The notes under the pieces: model-generated
The model's input: the letters and a program-made list of their open reading frames with translations, nothing else
Told to the model about the DNA's origin: nothing
Databases searched by the model: none
Source: an uncultured delta proteobacterium
GTDB taxonomy: Bacteria > Desulfobacterota > Desulfobacteria > Desulfobacterales > JAFDCJ01
Direction: 5' to 3'
Length of the DNA stretch: 64,000 bases
Assembly (NCBI GenBank): GCA_963769935.1
Contig: CAVYNY010000020.1
Location: forward strand, 1-64,000
Translations under genes and position numbers: made by a program
Part shown: positions 13,094 through 23,365 of the stretch, piece by piece
How the letters are laid out: the number at the start of each line of letters is the position of its first letter
Numbering within the stretch: the first letter of the stretch is position 1

Positions 13094-14742
13094 CGTCATC
13101 TTCGTCGTCATCGCCCTCAACAAAATCTTCGCTAATAGATCAGAGATCCATCGGGCGGACAACTTCTCGATGAACGCAATCTCGCTATCCGTGATACCAT
13201 ATTTTGCGTAGAGATCTTCGTCCGTCCATATCCTATTCCACTCTTGTGTTGGAACAAACGTGTAAACCTTGCGCGTTGTGTCCTGGGACGGCTTATGCAA
13301 AAGGATCAAAAGGCGCGTCAGCTTACAGGAAAGATATGACAATACACTTTCGGCTTCGATTTGTGAGTCAAACGGGCCAATCAAAGATAAGTCTCCGAAG
13401 AGATACTGCCAGGCTCACCGATGAATGGCGTACTGAGAATCTTGTGTGGATATGTGTCCTTGTTACCGGTGCCCGGAGCTGCACGGCCTATATAAACCTT
13501 CCAGGTATCAATGAGATCGGTTCCGGTCGATATCGAGTTTCTGGCAATGTATCCCGTACCTCCGTTCCGGTAGACCAGTACATCGGTCGTCATCCCTCGC
13601 GGTCTTCCCTTGAACTTGTCGCAGCCCAAAAGGCTTACGGAGCTAACCAATCGGTCGAAGCGTTTGCTTTCTGGTAGCGACAGCGATGGGTTTCCCGCTT
13701 TCTACTGCAATGACCTTCTTGAGGATTGACATTCCTTCATTGAAGCGGATAAACACATCCACGTCCTCTACTTGAAGTGGGCGATTGGCCGTTGAGACAG
13801 GCCAGTCCTTGAAATGAGTGGTGACGCGGCACTGCCCTGGGATTGTCCCGATCCCAAAGGAAGTAACAAACGCCACCCTTGAGGCCCACGCCTGGGAAGA
13901 CATCCGCTGCGCTGAGATAGTCATCAATTGAACGCAGGCGATCGTCGGCGAGCATAGACTGTCTGAACTCGTCCAACCCCTTACCACCTGCAAACCAACG
14001 GGCACGGAATAACCATCGACAGAAATCGTGGTTCCAATGCTTTCGCTTGCTCAACAAAGAGCTGATAAATGGGATGCCGCGCTCGTTCCATCGCCAGCAT
14101 CGCTCAGCTGATACGGCGGGTTGCCAATGATTACGTCGAACTGCATATCGCCTCCAAACAACTCGGCCATCCGAGTCTTGATATCGTCCGTGTGGATAAA
14201 CGCATAAGCGTGGGTTTCCAGTTCTGCACCGCGATCGAGGGTGCTCTGGCTTGCCCCACAAAACGTACACTTGCCACCGACCCACGTATGCTCCAGCCGC
14301 TCAAACCAAATATTGCCGGCGTCACTGTGCAAACCCGCTGGCAATCGAATGCTTGCCGTTGGCGTGCTTGGAGCAGTAGACGCTGCGCCGCGCCAGCAGG
14401 CTGGTGAGGTGGGTGATGGCGATGCCGTACACCTGCTGCGTCAGGATGTGGTTGACGCGTTCCTCAAGGTCCGGGATCTCCTCGGCCAGCCCCGCGGTCA
14501 GGCGGCTGGTGATTTCGCGCAAAAAGACGCCCGATTTGGTGACCGGGTCGAGGAAGCGCACCGTGCTTGTCCGCCCAGATATTGGCGCCGCCGTGGTCGG
14601 CCGCCCACGCCTCAGCCACCATATCCAGCATGCGGTTGGCCAGCTCCGGCGGCGTGAACACCTCGTCATTGGAGAGGTTGGCAATGCACGACAGGACATC
14701 GGGATTGCGGCCGCGCAGGGTAAAAGCGGCTTTGGTGCTCAT
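13086..14742 (-). CDS. Eco57I-like adenine methyltransferase/specificity subunit, frameshifted
   Basis: [20 protein letters not shown], degenerate motif [13 protein letters not shown], motif [26 protein letters not shown]-terminal TRD-like region; ends ...GDDDEDDDE*. Confidence 0.8.
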
Positions 14743-15429
14743 GCGGCCTCCTGCGGAGCGTCAGCGGCGGCCAGTTCGCGTACGGTCAGCGGCCGGTATT
14801 TTGTGTTGTCGGCGTGAAGATCTCGTGCTTGCCACAGGTGGGCAAAGAGCGAACCCTCCTGCGCCGAAGGTCGAAGAGTGGGTGAGGGTGTCATAGCGGA
14901 AGTCGCGCCGCTGGAATTTGCCCTTGCCCAGGTAACCCCATTCGGCAAAGGTGATCGGCTGGTCGTCGTGGGTGCGCATCGTCAGCGCATCGCCGTGCAC
15001 AAGGTTCTGCGAAAGCACGTAGGATGCGGCCAGATAGAGTTCGTCCGACTCGTCCAGATTCAGATATTCGGCAAAGATCTCCAGCATGTTTGCGCGGCAC
15101 TCGGCAATATTGTCCGCCAGCAGTTCGATGCCATAGATGCACATCAGCGCAAGCAATGCATAGTGCCGCCGCTCGAACTCCGACTTTCCGTACTTGAGTT
15201 CCACGGCGGCGAGCTTGCGCCGCAGGATCTGCACGAGGAAGTTGCCGCTCCCGCACGCTGGCTCCAGGAAGCGCGAGTCAATGCGTTCCGTTTCGTCCTT
15301 TACCAGGTCGAGCATGGCCTCAACCATCCACGCCGGGGTGAATACTTCCCCGTGGTCGGCGACGCGTTGTTTGGATTTGACGTATTTCATGGGCCGATCC
15401 ATTGCAGGCGATGCTTTCTTTGTGGTCAT
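14739..15429 (-). CDS. Short N6-adenine methyltransferase-like subunit (SAM-binding half)
   Basis: KSKQRVADHGEVFTP, intact motif I FLEPACGSGNF, IYGIEL; no NPPY seen; ATGA overlap with the next gene at 14739-14742; one frameshift near the 3' end. Confidence 0.8.
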
Positions 15430-15433
15430 TGTG

Positions 15434-15494
15434 GGCTGACACTCAGCATCAGCGGCGGCGCAAGAGCGCCGTCCGCTGCATGCTGTTGTTAGCT
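15434..15494 (-). mobile_element. attC: Integron attC site (61 bp) with degenerate R' box
   Basis: Minus strand reads AGCTAAC-AACAG-CATGCAGC-GGACGGCGC-TCTT-GCGCCGCC-GCTGATG-CTGAGT-GTCAGCC. This gives R'' overlapping the stop codon, L''/L' pairing with one extra G, a second unpaired A, and R' = GTCAGCC instead of GTTRRRY. Confidence 0.8.
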
Positions 15495-16931
15495 TACTTG
15501 AGCGTATCGAGGGCATCCATGTTCATGCTGTCCCAGAACGATCGGTCGTTCATCCAAAAATCGTGCCACTGTTCACGCCGAGTTTCCATGCCCCGATTTC
15601 ACGGCCTCGCGCAGTTCGTCTGCGCTCCCGATCCAGTGATCTCCAAGGTTTTGAAAGTCGTGGTGCCGAGTTGCTTTCAGGAAAACGGGAATGCGGGGCA
15701 CGTGACGAATAGTGGAGTGTCTGTGGATCCCAGCGGCGCCCATCGGTGATGAAAGCCATCATCAGGACAAGCAACTCTGCTTGCATAACGTGCGGTGAAA
15801 GGGAAGTCCGTGCGACTCCCGGCCTGGCGCTTAATAAGTTCGGCCGCCAGGTGAAGAGCTTGTTTCCTTCGGGAGCGAGAATCTGCAGCGTTTCGGAGTA
15901 GCCGTAGAACGCATGAACGTGTCAAATCGGCTTCCCCATGGGCTTCGTCTACCGGCGAGAAGATAATGGCTAGTTAGGACAAGATTCGAAGGGTGCTCTA
16001 ATGCGACTCAGCTCTTCAGGAGGGCGGCGACGAGTAGAGGAAAGTCTCGTAGACGAAAACACGGTGGCCTCATACCAAATGTCGTTCCAGGTATTGACTT
16101 CCGGCGGCCGCTATTTGAGTTCAATCAAATGCTCGAGCATCGGCAGTAGCGCTTCGTCGAAATCTCATTGATGGATTAGTTCGGATTCGAGCAAGACCCA
16201 AATCCGCGATGGGGCCGCGCACGAGCTTGAGCTTCCCACAGTCCTCCAAAACACGCTGGCCCATGTCTGTGATCTCGGGCCGCTCCCGAATGGTAGCGTG
16301 TCCGCGTATGACGCAACACGCATCGAGAAAGTCCTGACGATAAAGCTTCAGTCCTGGCTTCTCCTGAATGATGGCCTGCTTGAGCGCCGCGAACTTCGCA
16401 ACCGTGGGCTGGCGTGGAACGGTTACATCCGTTGTAACGTAGGTGGGCGCCTTTCCAGGGTCGGCTTCTCGTCGGCCGGCTTGCCATCAGAACGCGAATC
16501 AGTTGCTCCCAGTTGTCGTTCGCAGCCTCGGGGCTGGAGAAGTCGATCCAGATCCGCGATTTGAAGAAGGTTGGCAGGAAGGCTCGCCTGAGTCGTCGAA
16601 TTCGCAGACAACCGGGATGAACTTGGACTGTTGAACTTTCGAGTACGACTTCGCGCGAGATGATCTGTGATTCGGTGCCGACGCCTGCCTTGCGGGCGTC
16701 AGCTTTGGCGGCATACTCCGAATCGGAGAAGACCAGCACGTGGGTCACAGACTCGTCCGTGACCATTTTCTCCATGAACGCGTATTTATCGTCACCTTCG
16801 TTGAGGTCCCAGACATCGAGAACAACGTCAACGCCATCACTCACCATCTGCTCGGCCCACTGGCGGATACGAGCTTGGTGCCCCGGGGATGACCAGCTGT
16901 AGGAGATGAATGCTCGTGGACTCAAAGGCAC
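15494..16931 (-). CDS. SEFIR/TIR-domain protein (frameshifted), integron-cassette gene
   Basis: AFISYSW...GVDVVLDVWDLNEGDDKYAFME...YAAKAD-RKAGVGTE. The C-terminus reads ...SFWDSMNMDALDTLK* with the stop at 15494-15496. Confidence 0.75.
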
Positions 16932-16940
16932 CTCAATCTG

Positions 16941-16960
16941 AGCTAACTATGTATTCGGCG
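16941..16960 (-). mobile_element. Cassette 5' boundary / attI-like simple site
   Basis: Minus strand CGCCGAATACATA-GTTAGCT lies 9 bp before the GTG start. GTTAGCT is the exact complement of the AGCTAAC at the far end of the cassette, and no attC palindrome precedes it. Confidence 0.55.
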
Positions 16961-17258
16961 AGACCCGCCTAATCCGCTACGCATGGTGACTGAAATCGTC
17001 AAGCCAAGGTTCTCCATCCATGTGGCTACCCCCGGTGCGCCCAGTGTTAATGAACTGGTGCTGTACTCGACATCAGCAGATCCTCAGCCTCCATGCCCGG
17101 CCCCGGTACGGATTGGAGCCGGGCTTCTCCCTGGGTGGCTATTCGATCTCGGACGTGTTCAGGACTTCAATCGGCTTGCAGCAGGTCACGGCAACCATTG
17201 TTGCGATGCCTAACACTACTATAAATCTGCGGAGTTATCAAGGGTTTTCGAGACGGGT

Positions 17259-17570
17259 TTAGAACAGCGAGAGCTGCTCAACTCTGCTGATGTCGATCTG
17301 CCCGAGCTCATGGCGGTCGAATATTGCGTCGCGCACCTGGACTGGTCTCTTCTCTTCATCAAGTAGTGTCCGCGGGTTCCTCATCAAGAGCGGTGAACTC
17401 CGATTCCACTTTCACCCCCTTCAAGTGTCCTTCAGGGGGACACATATCCTCTTCGTCCTCATAATCCGGTTCCGAATCCAGTTCTGTTTCAAGAGACTGC
17501 AAGTAGCCCGCCCAATGCCAGTTAGGGGGCATCAATGGCGATTATGACGATTGATTGCCCCCTAATTTGA
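17259..17570 (-). CDS. 3' fragment of an unknown acidic protein ending in QLSLF
   Basis: Manual translation across frameshifts: ...ETELDSEPDYEDEED...RPVQVRDAIFDRHELGQIDISRVEQLSLF*. Confidence 0.4.
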
Positions 17571-17571
17571 A

Positions 17572-17607
17572 CAAGACAGCGACTGAGCCAGTAGCTTAAC
17601 ATAACAT
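17572..17607 (-). other. Probable chimeric junction 2 (degenerate adapter-like sequence)
   Basis: The oxidoreductase ORF loses homology after LVLGTGTG. The minus strand then reads TGTTATGTTAAGCTACTGGCTCAGTCGCTGTCTTG, loosely resembling a miscalled ONT adapter start, and sequence style changes here. Confidence 0.5.
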
Positions 17608-18607
17608 TGCCGGTACCGGTACCGAGCACGAGCGGGTTGCTTGCCTCCATGAGCTGGATGATTAGTTTTTCGTACAGAGCCAGAGAAATCCCGGAGCGTT
17701 CAAGGACCATGTCCTGAGAATAAGGGGCGGTGGCGTTCTCTAAAAATTCCTGAAAGGGTTTGGGAAGATCTTTACCTTTACCGATATCCAGCGCCTGTCT
17801 GATCAGGCCCAGGGCGATAACAGCTTCGCTGTCGGGTTTGCAGGCCAACCAGTGATCGGCATTGGCACCGGTCAAAGACTGATAGGGGCTGATCTGGAAA
17901 AACAGATTTTTGCGGCCGTTTTGGAGCGCGTGCATGGTTTTAAATTTCCACGCATATTCGATGGGGGACAGCCAGGTTTCAATAAAATCCGCACCGAAGG
18001 ACACCAGAATATCGGCCTGGTCCATGTGATAAGACACCAACCCGTCAACGCCGAATACTTTTTCATTGGCTGTTTTTAAAGATTCATAACCGTAGGGCTC
18101 GAACACCAGGGCCGGCTGGGAATTTAAGCTTGCCAAAGCTGCGGTGAACAAATTCAAAAGGCTGTCGCCGACGGTTTCCGTCAGCATGCGCACGTGATTT
18201 TGTCCCTTGCGGGCGGCCTCAGCGGCCCTTATTTTTACTATTGATTCGGCTTTCGAAAAAGAAAGCGGCTGCCATTTGCCGTTTTCTTTAAGCAGCGGGG
18301 TTTTGAGCCGGTCGGGATTGAAAATTGCCTGGACGGCCGCCTGTCCCCGCATGCAAACTTTGCCCTTATTGATCGGATGCAGGGGATTGCCCTCAATTTT
18401 AATGACGCGGCCTTCCCTGTTTTTGGCCAGGATGCCGCACCCGGCCGGGCATTCCCGGCAGGTGGACGCATACCAGGTGGGCTCACCGACCACCATGTCG
18501 TCGGGCGCGTGAACCAGGGGAAACAGGTTTTTTTGGGGAGGGGTGCAGCCAACTGCATAAGAGATGCTGCCCAAGCCGGCAATTTTGAGGAAGGTGCGCC
18601 GATTCAT
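17608..18607 (-). CDS. Tat-exported molybdopterin-oxidoreductase-family subunit (QrcB/ActB-like), 3'-truncated
   Basis: MNRRTFLK Tat motif with lipoprotein-like VGC; STCRECPAGCG...IEGNPLHPINKGKVCMRGQA [4Fe-4S] motif; ADILVSFGADF. Confidence 0.85.
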
Positions 18608-19077
18608 ATCAAAAATGATCTCCTGGAAACAGAACTGTTTGGATGTGCACTATAACGCTTATACTTAAAAGCTGAGGACCACATATTACAAACAATGTGA
18701 ATTAGATAAGCCAATGCTTCATGCAGTACCGCTGATTAATCCGCCTTTGAATAAGGTAATTAATCCGCCCAGGCAAGACTGAGAATTCTCTTCTGTGGCA
18801 ATTGAGCTACTATGGGTTACCCAAAGTAGGTATCGCTATTTTTCAGGGCCGGGCAATTAGGAATTCTTCCAAGCTATAGCCTTATAAAAGAATGCCGGAT
18901 GCTTGTCAAGCCGGTATAACGGCAAAAAATAAGACTGATTGTCGCATTTTAACATAAAATCTTATTATGGCTGATGGGGTGAATCCTTTATAAGGGCTGC
19001 CGGAAGGCAAAATCAACCCTAGCTTGCAGAGCCGGCCGCCACGGCGGACTGCCCTGCACGAATTCAGGAGATTCAAC

Positions 19078-19293
19078 ATGGATGATCGTGAAGATATTTT
19101 AAATACTTTAATGCAGGTTATCGGTGAGGAGGGCTGCGGTGTTGCCTGTGAGGAAGCCACTGTCTTCAAAGATGAAGAAGGATGGAAATTTATGCTGGAA
19201 GGCTTTATGGAGCCCTGGAAACTGGGGCAGACCGTAGCCGAAGCCAAGGCCAGCATCCAGGAATATGCGAAGATGGGCTTTGGGCTGTCATAG
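19078..19293 (+). CDS. Small acidic hypothetical protein
   Basis: AGGAG RBS before ATG; MDDREDILNTLMQVIGEEGCGVACEE... Confidence 0.6.
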   Translation: MDDREDILNTLMQVIGEEGCGVACEEATVFKDEEGWKFMLEGFMEPWKLGQTVAEAKASIQEYAKMGFGLS

Positions 19294-19371
19294 CGCGGCT
19301 ATTGAAGTCGAAGGTGGGGATCCGGAAGCCGGGAATTTACAGAAAAAATACCGCAAATTGTTGGTTGTATG

Positions 19372-19620
19372 GGTTTCAGGTGTCAGTGTTCAGGTATCAG
19401 CACAGGCACCGGACGTCATAGCGGCGGACCTTATTTGTCATTGAGACATAGACTGACAAAGATCCATTTTTACGAAGTGTTTCACCGCTAGAGAGCGCAG
19501 AGATTAATTTAACCTTTCTTGCTCGGCGTTCTCGGCGGGCTCTGCGGTGAACTATTATGTTTCCTTTTCGATCAGACCGGCCGTTGTTTTGGCCGGCGGC
19601 CGGGCTGACACCTGACACCT
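19372..19620. repeat. Intergenic inverted repeat built of short units
   Basis: GGTTTCAGGTGTCAGTGTTCAGGTATCAGC ... GCTGACACCTGACACCT. Confidence 0.5.
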
Positions 19621-19673
19621 TCGGCAAATTAACTCTGCAATTGGCATTGCTGCAAACGGCATTATTTTAAAAT

Positions 19674-22173
19674 TCAATTTGACCCGCCCCCGGCGTTGCG
19701 CATCCTCAGGTTTATCGCCAACCGTTCCAGCGACAATTTAATTACGTCTTGGGCTTTATTCTTTTTATTAAGGTAATCGGCGAAAAAGGCGTTTACTTCA
19801 TCCGCTCGCTGAATTCCGGCTGACGGAACGATTGCGGCAATGACGCGTTCATAGTGCAGCGGATGAAATTGTTCAATTTGATCTAATTTGGCGACATACC
19901 AATCCCACATCAAATCGACGGCATGGGGGTTGGCGCATAAGGCCATTACCGGTAAAAATTTGTTGCGGGCCGGCACCGCGTCCAGGATGTATTGCTGGGT
20001 TTTAATTATCAACCCCTTATCCTTGAAGCAGCCCAGAGCGGTTAGAATGTTCAGGCGTTCATGTTCGATTTGAGACTCTCGCAACCGCCGGCCAAACCAT
20101 TCGAATACCTGCTCATCGCCTGCCAGCGCCCCCACCTGCAGCACGCTTTTCATGATGTCCGGATGGACGGACGCACCGCTCATCAGGGATTTAAATCGGT
20201 CAAAGGCAAAGTCCAGGACCGGCTCGGAACCATAAAGCGCCGCATTCCAGATGATTTGGTCCCGCAGCCTGGCGGTCGGATGGCCTTCGGCCGGGGCCGG
20301 TTCATATCCGATTTTTGCCAACAGGTCTTCGAACCAGGGTGTTGCCCAGGCGGATAATTTCCGCCGCCAATCATCCTTCATTACCAGATACGCTGAAAAA
20401 AGATTTTCCGCCGTGCTGGTCAGCGGCAGATAAGCGTCTTCCGTGTCGTACCAGGCCAGGAAATCAAGATATTCATCCAGCAGCGCATCACCGCCTTTAA
20501 CCAGCGCATACAAATCGTTTTGAAGGCCCCAGCGGTCTTCCGGCGGCAGTGATTTCTCCCGCACCCGCCGGCCGAGTTCAGCCATATTTTTATCGTCGGT
20601 ATATTTGACCCGGTAAAACCCCGTTTGCCGCGCGTTGACTTTGTAAGCCACCGTATCGGCATCCATGTCAATGGCCTGTTCGATGTCGTCCAGGAGCACA
20701 GTCAGCGGGTGCGTGGCCCCTGTTTTAGAAATGAGACTGATGGTAATCGGCACCATCCACTTCTGGTTGAAATCGTTCGGCAGATAGGTAAATCGCTTTT
20801 GTCTCAGCAGCAACCGGCGGCCCGTGCGGCTGACCGTGATCAGCGGATAACCCGGCTGTTCGATCCAGCTTTGCATCATGGCACTTATCGGCTCTTGGGA
20901 TACGGTTTCAAAGGACTCCCAGAGATGGTGGCTGGCGGCGCAACCATATTCATATGTCTTCAGATAATGCCGCAATCCGTTTTTGAAATTATCATCTCCT
21001 ATAAAGCCCTGAATTTGTCTTAATATGCTGCCGCCTTTGTTGTAGATGATCGGCGCGGTGCTGACATTGATGACAACATGCTCGCCGCCCGGAATCTCAA
21101 TAGCAGATGTTTCCTGCAGGGCATCCCGTACCAGGGCGGATCCGGTCTGGCTGTTAAGAAACTGCTGCCACGTGTTCCATTGCGGATAGTAGTGATCGAC
21201 CACGCCGTACCCAAAATAGGTGGCAAAACTCTCATTGAGCCAAATGATATCTCCAATCCGACGGGGTGACCAGGTTGCCGAACCACTGGTGGGCAATTTC
21301 ATGCGCGATGACCTCGCATATTCGCTCCTCGCCGGATTTGGAGATAATCTTCGGATAATGCAGCAGCAGGTTCTCGCGGAAGGTGATTGCGCCCCAGTTT
21401 TCCATGGCTCCGAAGGCAAAATCCGGAATGGCGATCAGATCCAGTTTGGGAAGCGGATAGGGAACGGCGTAATAGGCTTCGCTGAACGCCAGAGATTTGC
21501 GGCCAAATTCAGCTCCGTACCGGGCAAATTGTTTTTTACCCGGCAAGGTCGCCACTCTTACCCGGGGGTCTTTGTCATCAGGGGTGACTTCAAATTCACC
21601 GACGCCAAAGAACACGAGATAGGTCGACATTTTGGGGGTTCGTTCGAAGGTGATGCGTTTTTTTTCATCAGCGAGCGCTTCTTCTTTTTTCAGCGTGCCG
21701 TTGGAGATGGCCGTCAGGTTTTTATCAATGTCCAAAATAATGTCGAATGTTGCTTTGCAGGCCGGACGGTCCAGGCAGGGAAAAGCCCGTCGGGCATCAC
21801 TTTCCTGGAATTGGGTTACAGCGATATATCCGGTTTTTTCCTGATAAGTATATTTGCTGCGGTAAAATCCGGCCATCTTGTCGTTGATCAACCCCTGGTA
21901 GTCGATTTCCAGCTCGATGGTTCCGGACATGGGTTCGGGCAAAAAGACAAGGACTTCTTCCCTCCCGGGGTCCACTCTGAAAGAACAGATCGCCGACTCG
22001 TCAGCCTTGCGCACCCGACAGCTCCAAACAGCAATTTCCAGAACGTTGAGCGCCACCTCGCTGACCGGGTCGGGCGCCTCGAAGATAACTTCACACTTTC
22101 CTGCGAAGTCGAATTTGACCAGGTCGGGTTTCAAATGGATTCGGTAATTTATAGGATTTATTGGCTGCATCAT
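19674..22173 (-). CDS. M1-family aminopeptidase (PepN/tricorn-interacting-factor-like), frameshifted near 21250
   Basis: TQF...ARRAFPC, GAMENWG, HEIAHQWFGNLVT, WLNESFAT, YNKGGSIL; ERAP1-like C-terminal region. Confidence 0.92.
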
Positions 22174-22406
22174 ATCCTCATTTTATTTTAATTTTCAATT
22201 TACCTCCCGATAGGGCGGGATGCTTATGAAGGGAGTTATAAAGAACTCAAGGCCACATGTCAATCAGAGAAGCACGGCTTGTATTTGCAGCCGCGATGAT
22301 TATTTTTTTGGGCAACCCAAAGGGGTATCTGCCTATTGCCTGGCGTCTCAACGTCTGGGCGGACCCAACATTGCAATTTTTACAATCAGGGGAGTAAGGG
22401 GAGTAT

Positions 22407-23336
22407 ATGATGTTGAAAACTACAAACTACGATGTGGTGATACTGGGCTCCGGCCCGGCCGGTTTGCAGGCCGCCGTCCACGCGGCCCGCAAAAAGGTTG
22501 CCGTACTTCTGATGGGCAAAGAAACCAAAAGCAGTCTATTCCATGCCCATATTGAGAATTTTTGCTGCCTGTTCAACGTCAAGGGTGAAGACCTGCTCAA
22601 TGTCGGCCGCCAGCAGGCAATAAATTTCGGTGCCGAACTGCTCGAAGAAGATGTGCTCCAGGTATTGCCTGCTGGAACCATGTTCAAGATTGTCACTGAG
22701 AGCGGGCAAGAGCTGCAGAGCAAATCGCTGATCGTTGCCACCGGAACCACCCGCAACAGGCTGGGGGTAGCAGGCGAAAAAGAGCTGCTGGGCCGCGGCG
22801 TCAGTTACTGTGTGGAGTGCGATGCCAATTTCTACAAAAATGAAGATGTTGCTGTGGTTGGAAGCGCCAGCGCGGCTGTCTCCGGTGCTCTGACGCTGTT
22901 GAATTATGCCGCCGAAGTTCACCTGATCTCTGACAAACTTGACGTCAGCGATGTGCTTAAAAAACAGCTGCAAGACAGCAAGGTTGTCCTCCATGAAGGC
23001 CATCAGGTCAAGCAAATCATTGGTGAAAACAAGGTGGAGGGCGTTGTTCTCAAAGACGACTCGAACATTCCGGTCAACGGCGTTTTTATCGAGCTTGGGG
23101 CCAAGGGCCTCATGGAGCTTGCCACGCATCTCGGCGTTCGGCTCGATGATGAAATGAAATATATTCAGACCAACAAAAATATGGAAACCAATGTGCCCGG
23201 GGTATTTGCCGCCGGAGATATTTGCGGTCCCCCGTGGCAGATGGCCAAGGCTGTCGGGGAGGGGTGTGTTGCCGGAATCGGAGCAGCCAATTATGCCCGG
23301 AAAATGAAATCACCTGAGGAGATAGGAAATAGTTAA
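22407..23336 (+). CDS. Thioredoxin-reductase-like FAD-dependent oxidoreductase
   Basis: GSGPAGLQAA, GRGVSYCVECD, TNVPGVFAAGD. Confidence 0.9.
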   Translation: MMLKTTNYDVVILGSGPAGLQAAVHAARKKVAVLLMGKETKSSLFHAHIENFCCLFNVKGEDLLNVGRQQAINFGAELLEEDVLQVLPAGTMFKIVTESGQELQSKSLIVATGTTRNRLGVAGEKELLGRGVSYCVECDANFYKNEDVAVVGSASAAVSGALTLLNYAAEVHLISDKLDVSDVLKKQLQDSKVVLHEGHQVKQIIGENKVEGVVLKDDSNIPVNGVFIELGAKGLMELATHLGVRLDDEMKYIQTNKNMETNVPGVFAAGDICGPPWQMAKAVGEGCVAGIGAANYARKMKSPEEIGNS

Positions 23337-23365
23337 TAATTATTGGTTATTTGTGGGCCGCAGGC

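Noticed and set aside
12479..13384. ORF-track 301-aa protein fusing the methylase tail to the nuclease
   Set aside because: A frameshift artefact: the methylase ends ...DDDE* at 13086 and the nuclease starts at 13093.
12440..17570. GC-rich segment as a genomic island inserted in the flavobacterial chromosome
   Set aside because: Adapter remnants at the left join, genes truncated at both joins, and different organisms on either side indicate a chimera.
18965..19030. Possible riboswitch (GGGGTGAATCC...AAGGG, TGCC-GGAA-GGCA) upstream of the small acidic gene
   Set aside because: Only a fragmentary likeness to c-di-AMP or fluoride motifs; other conserved elements are not found. An Rfam scan would be needed.
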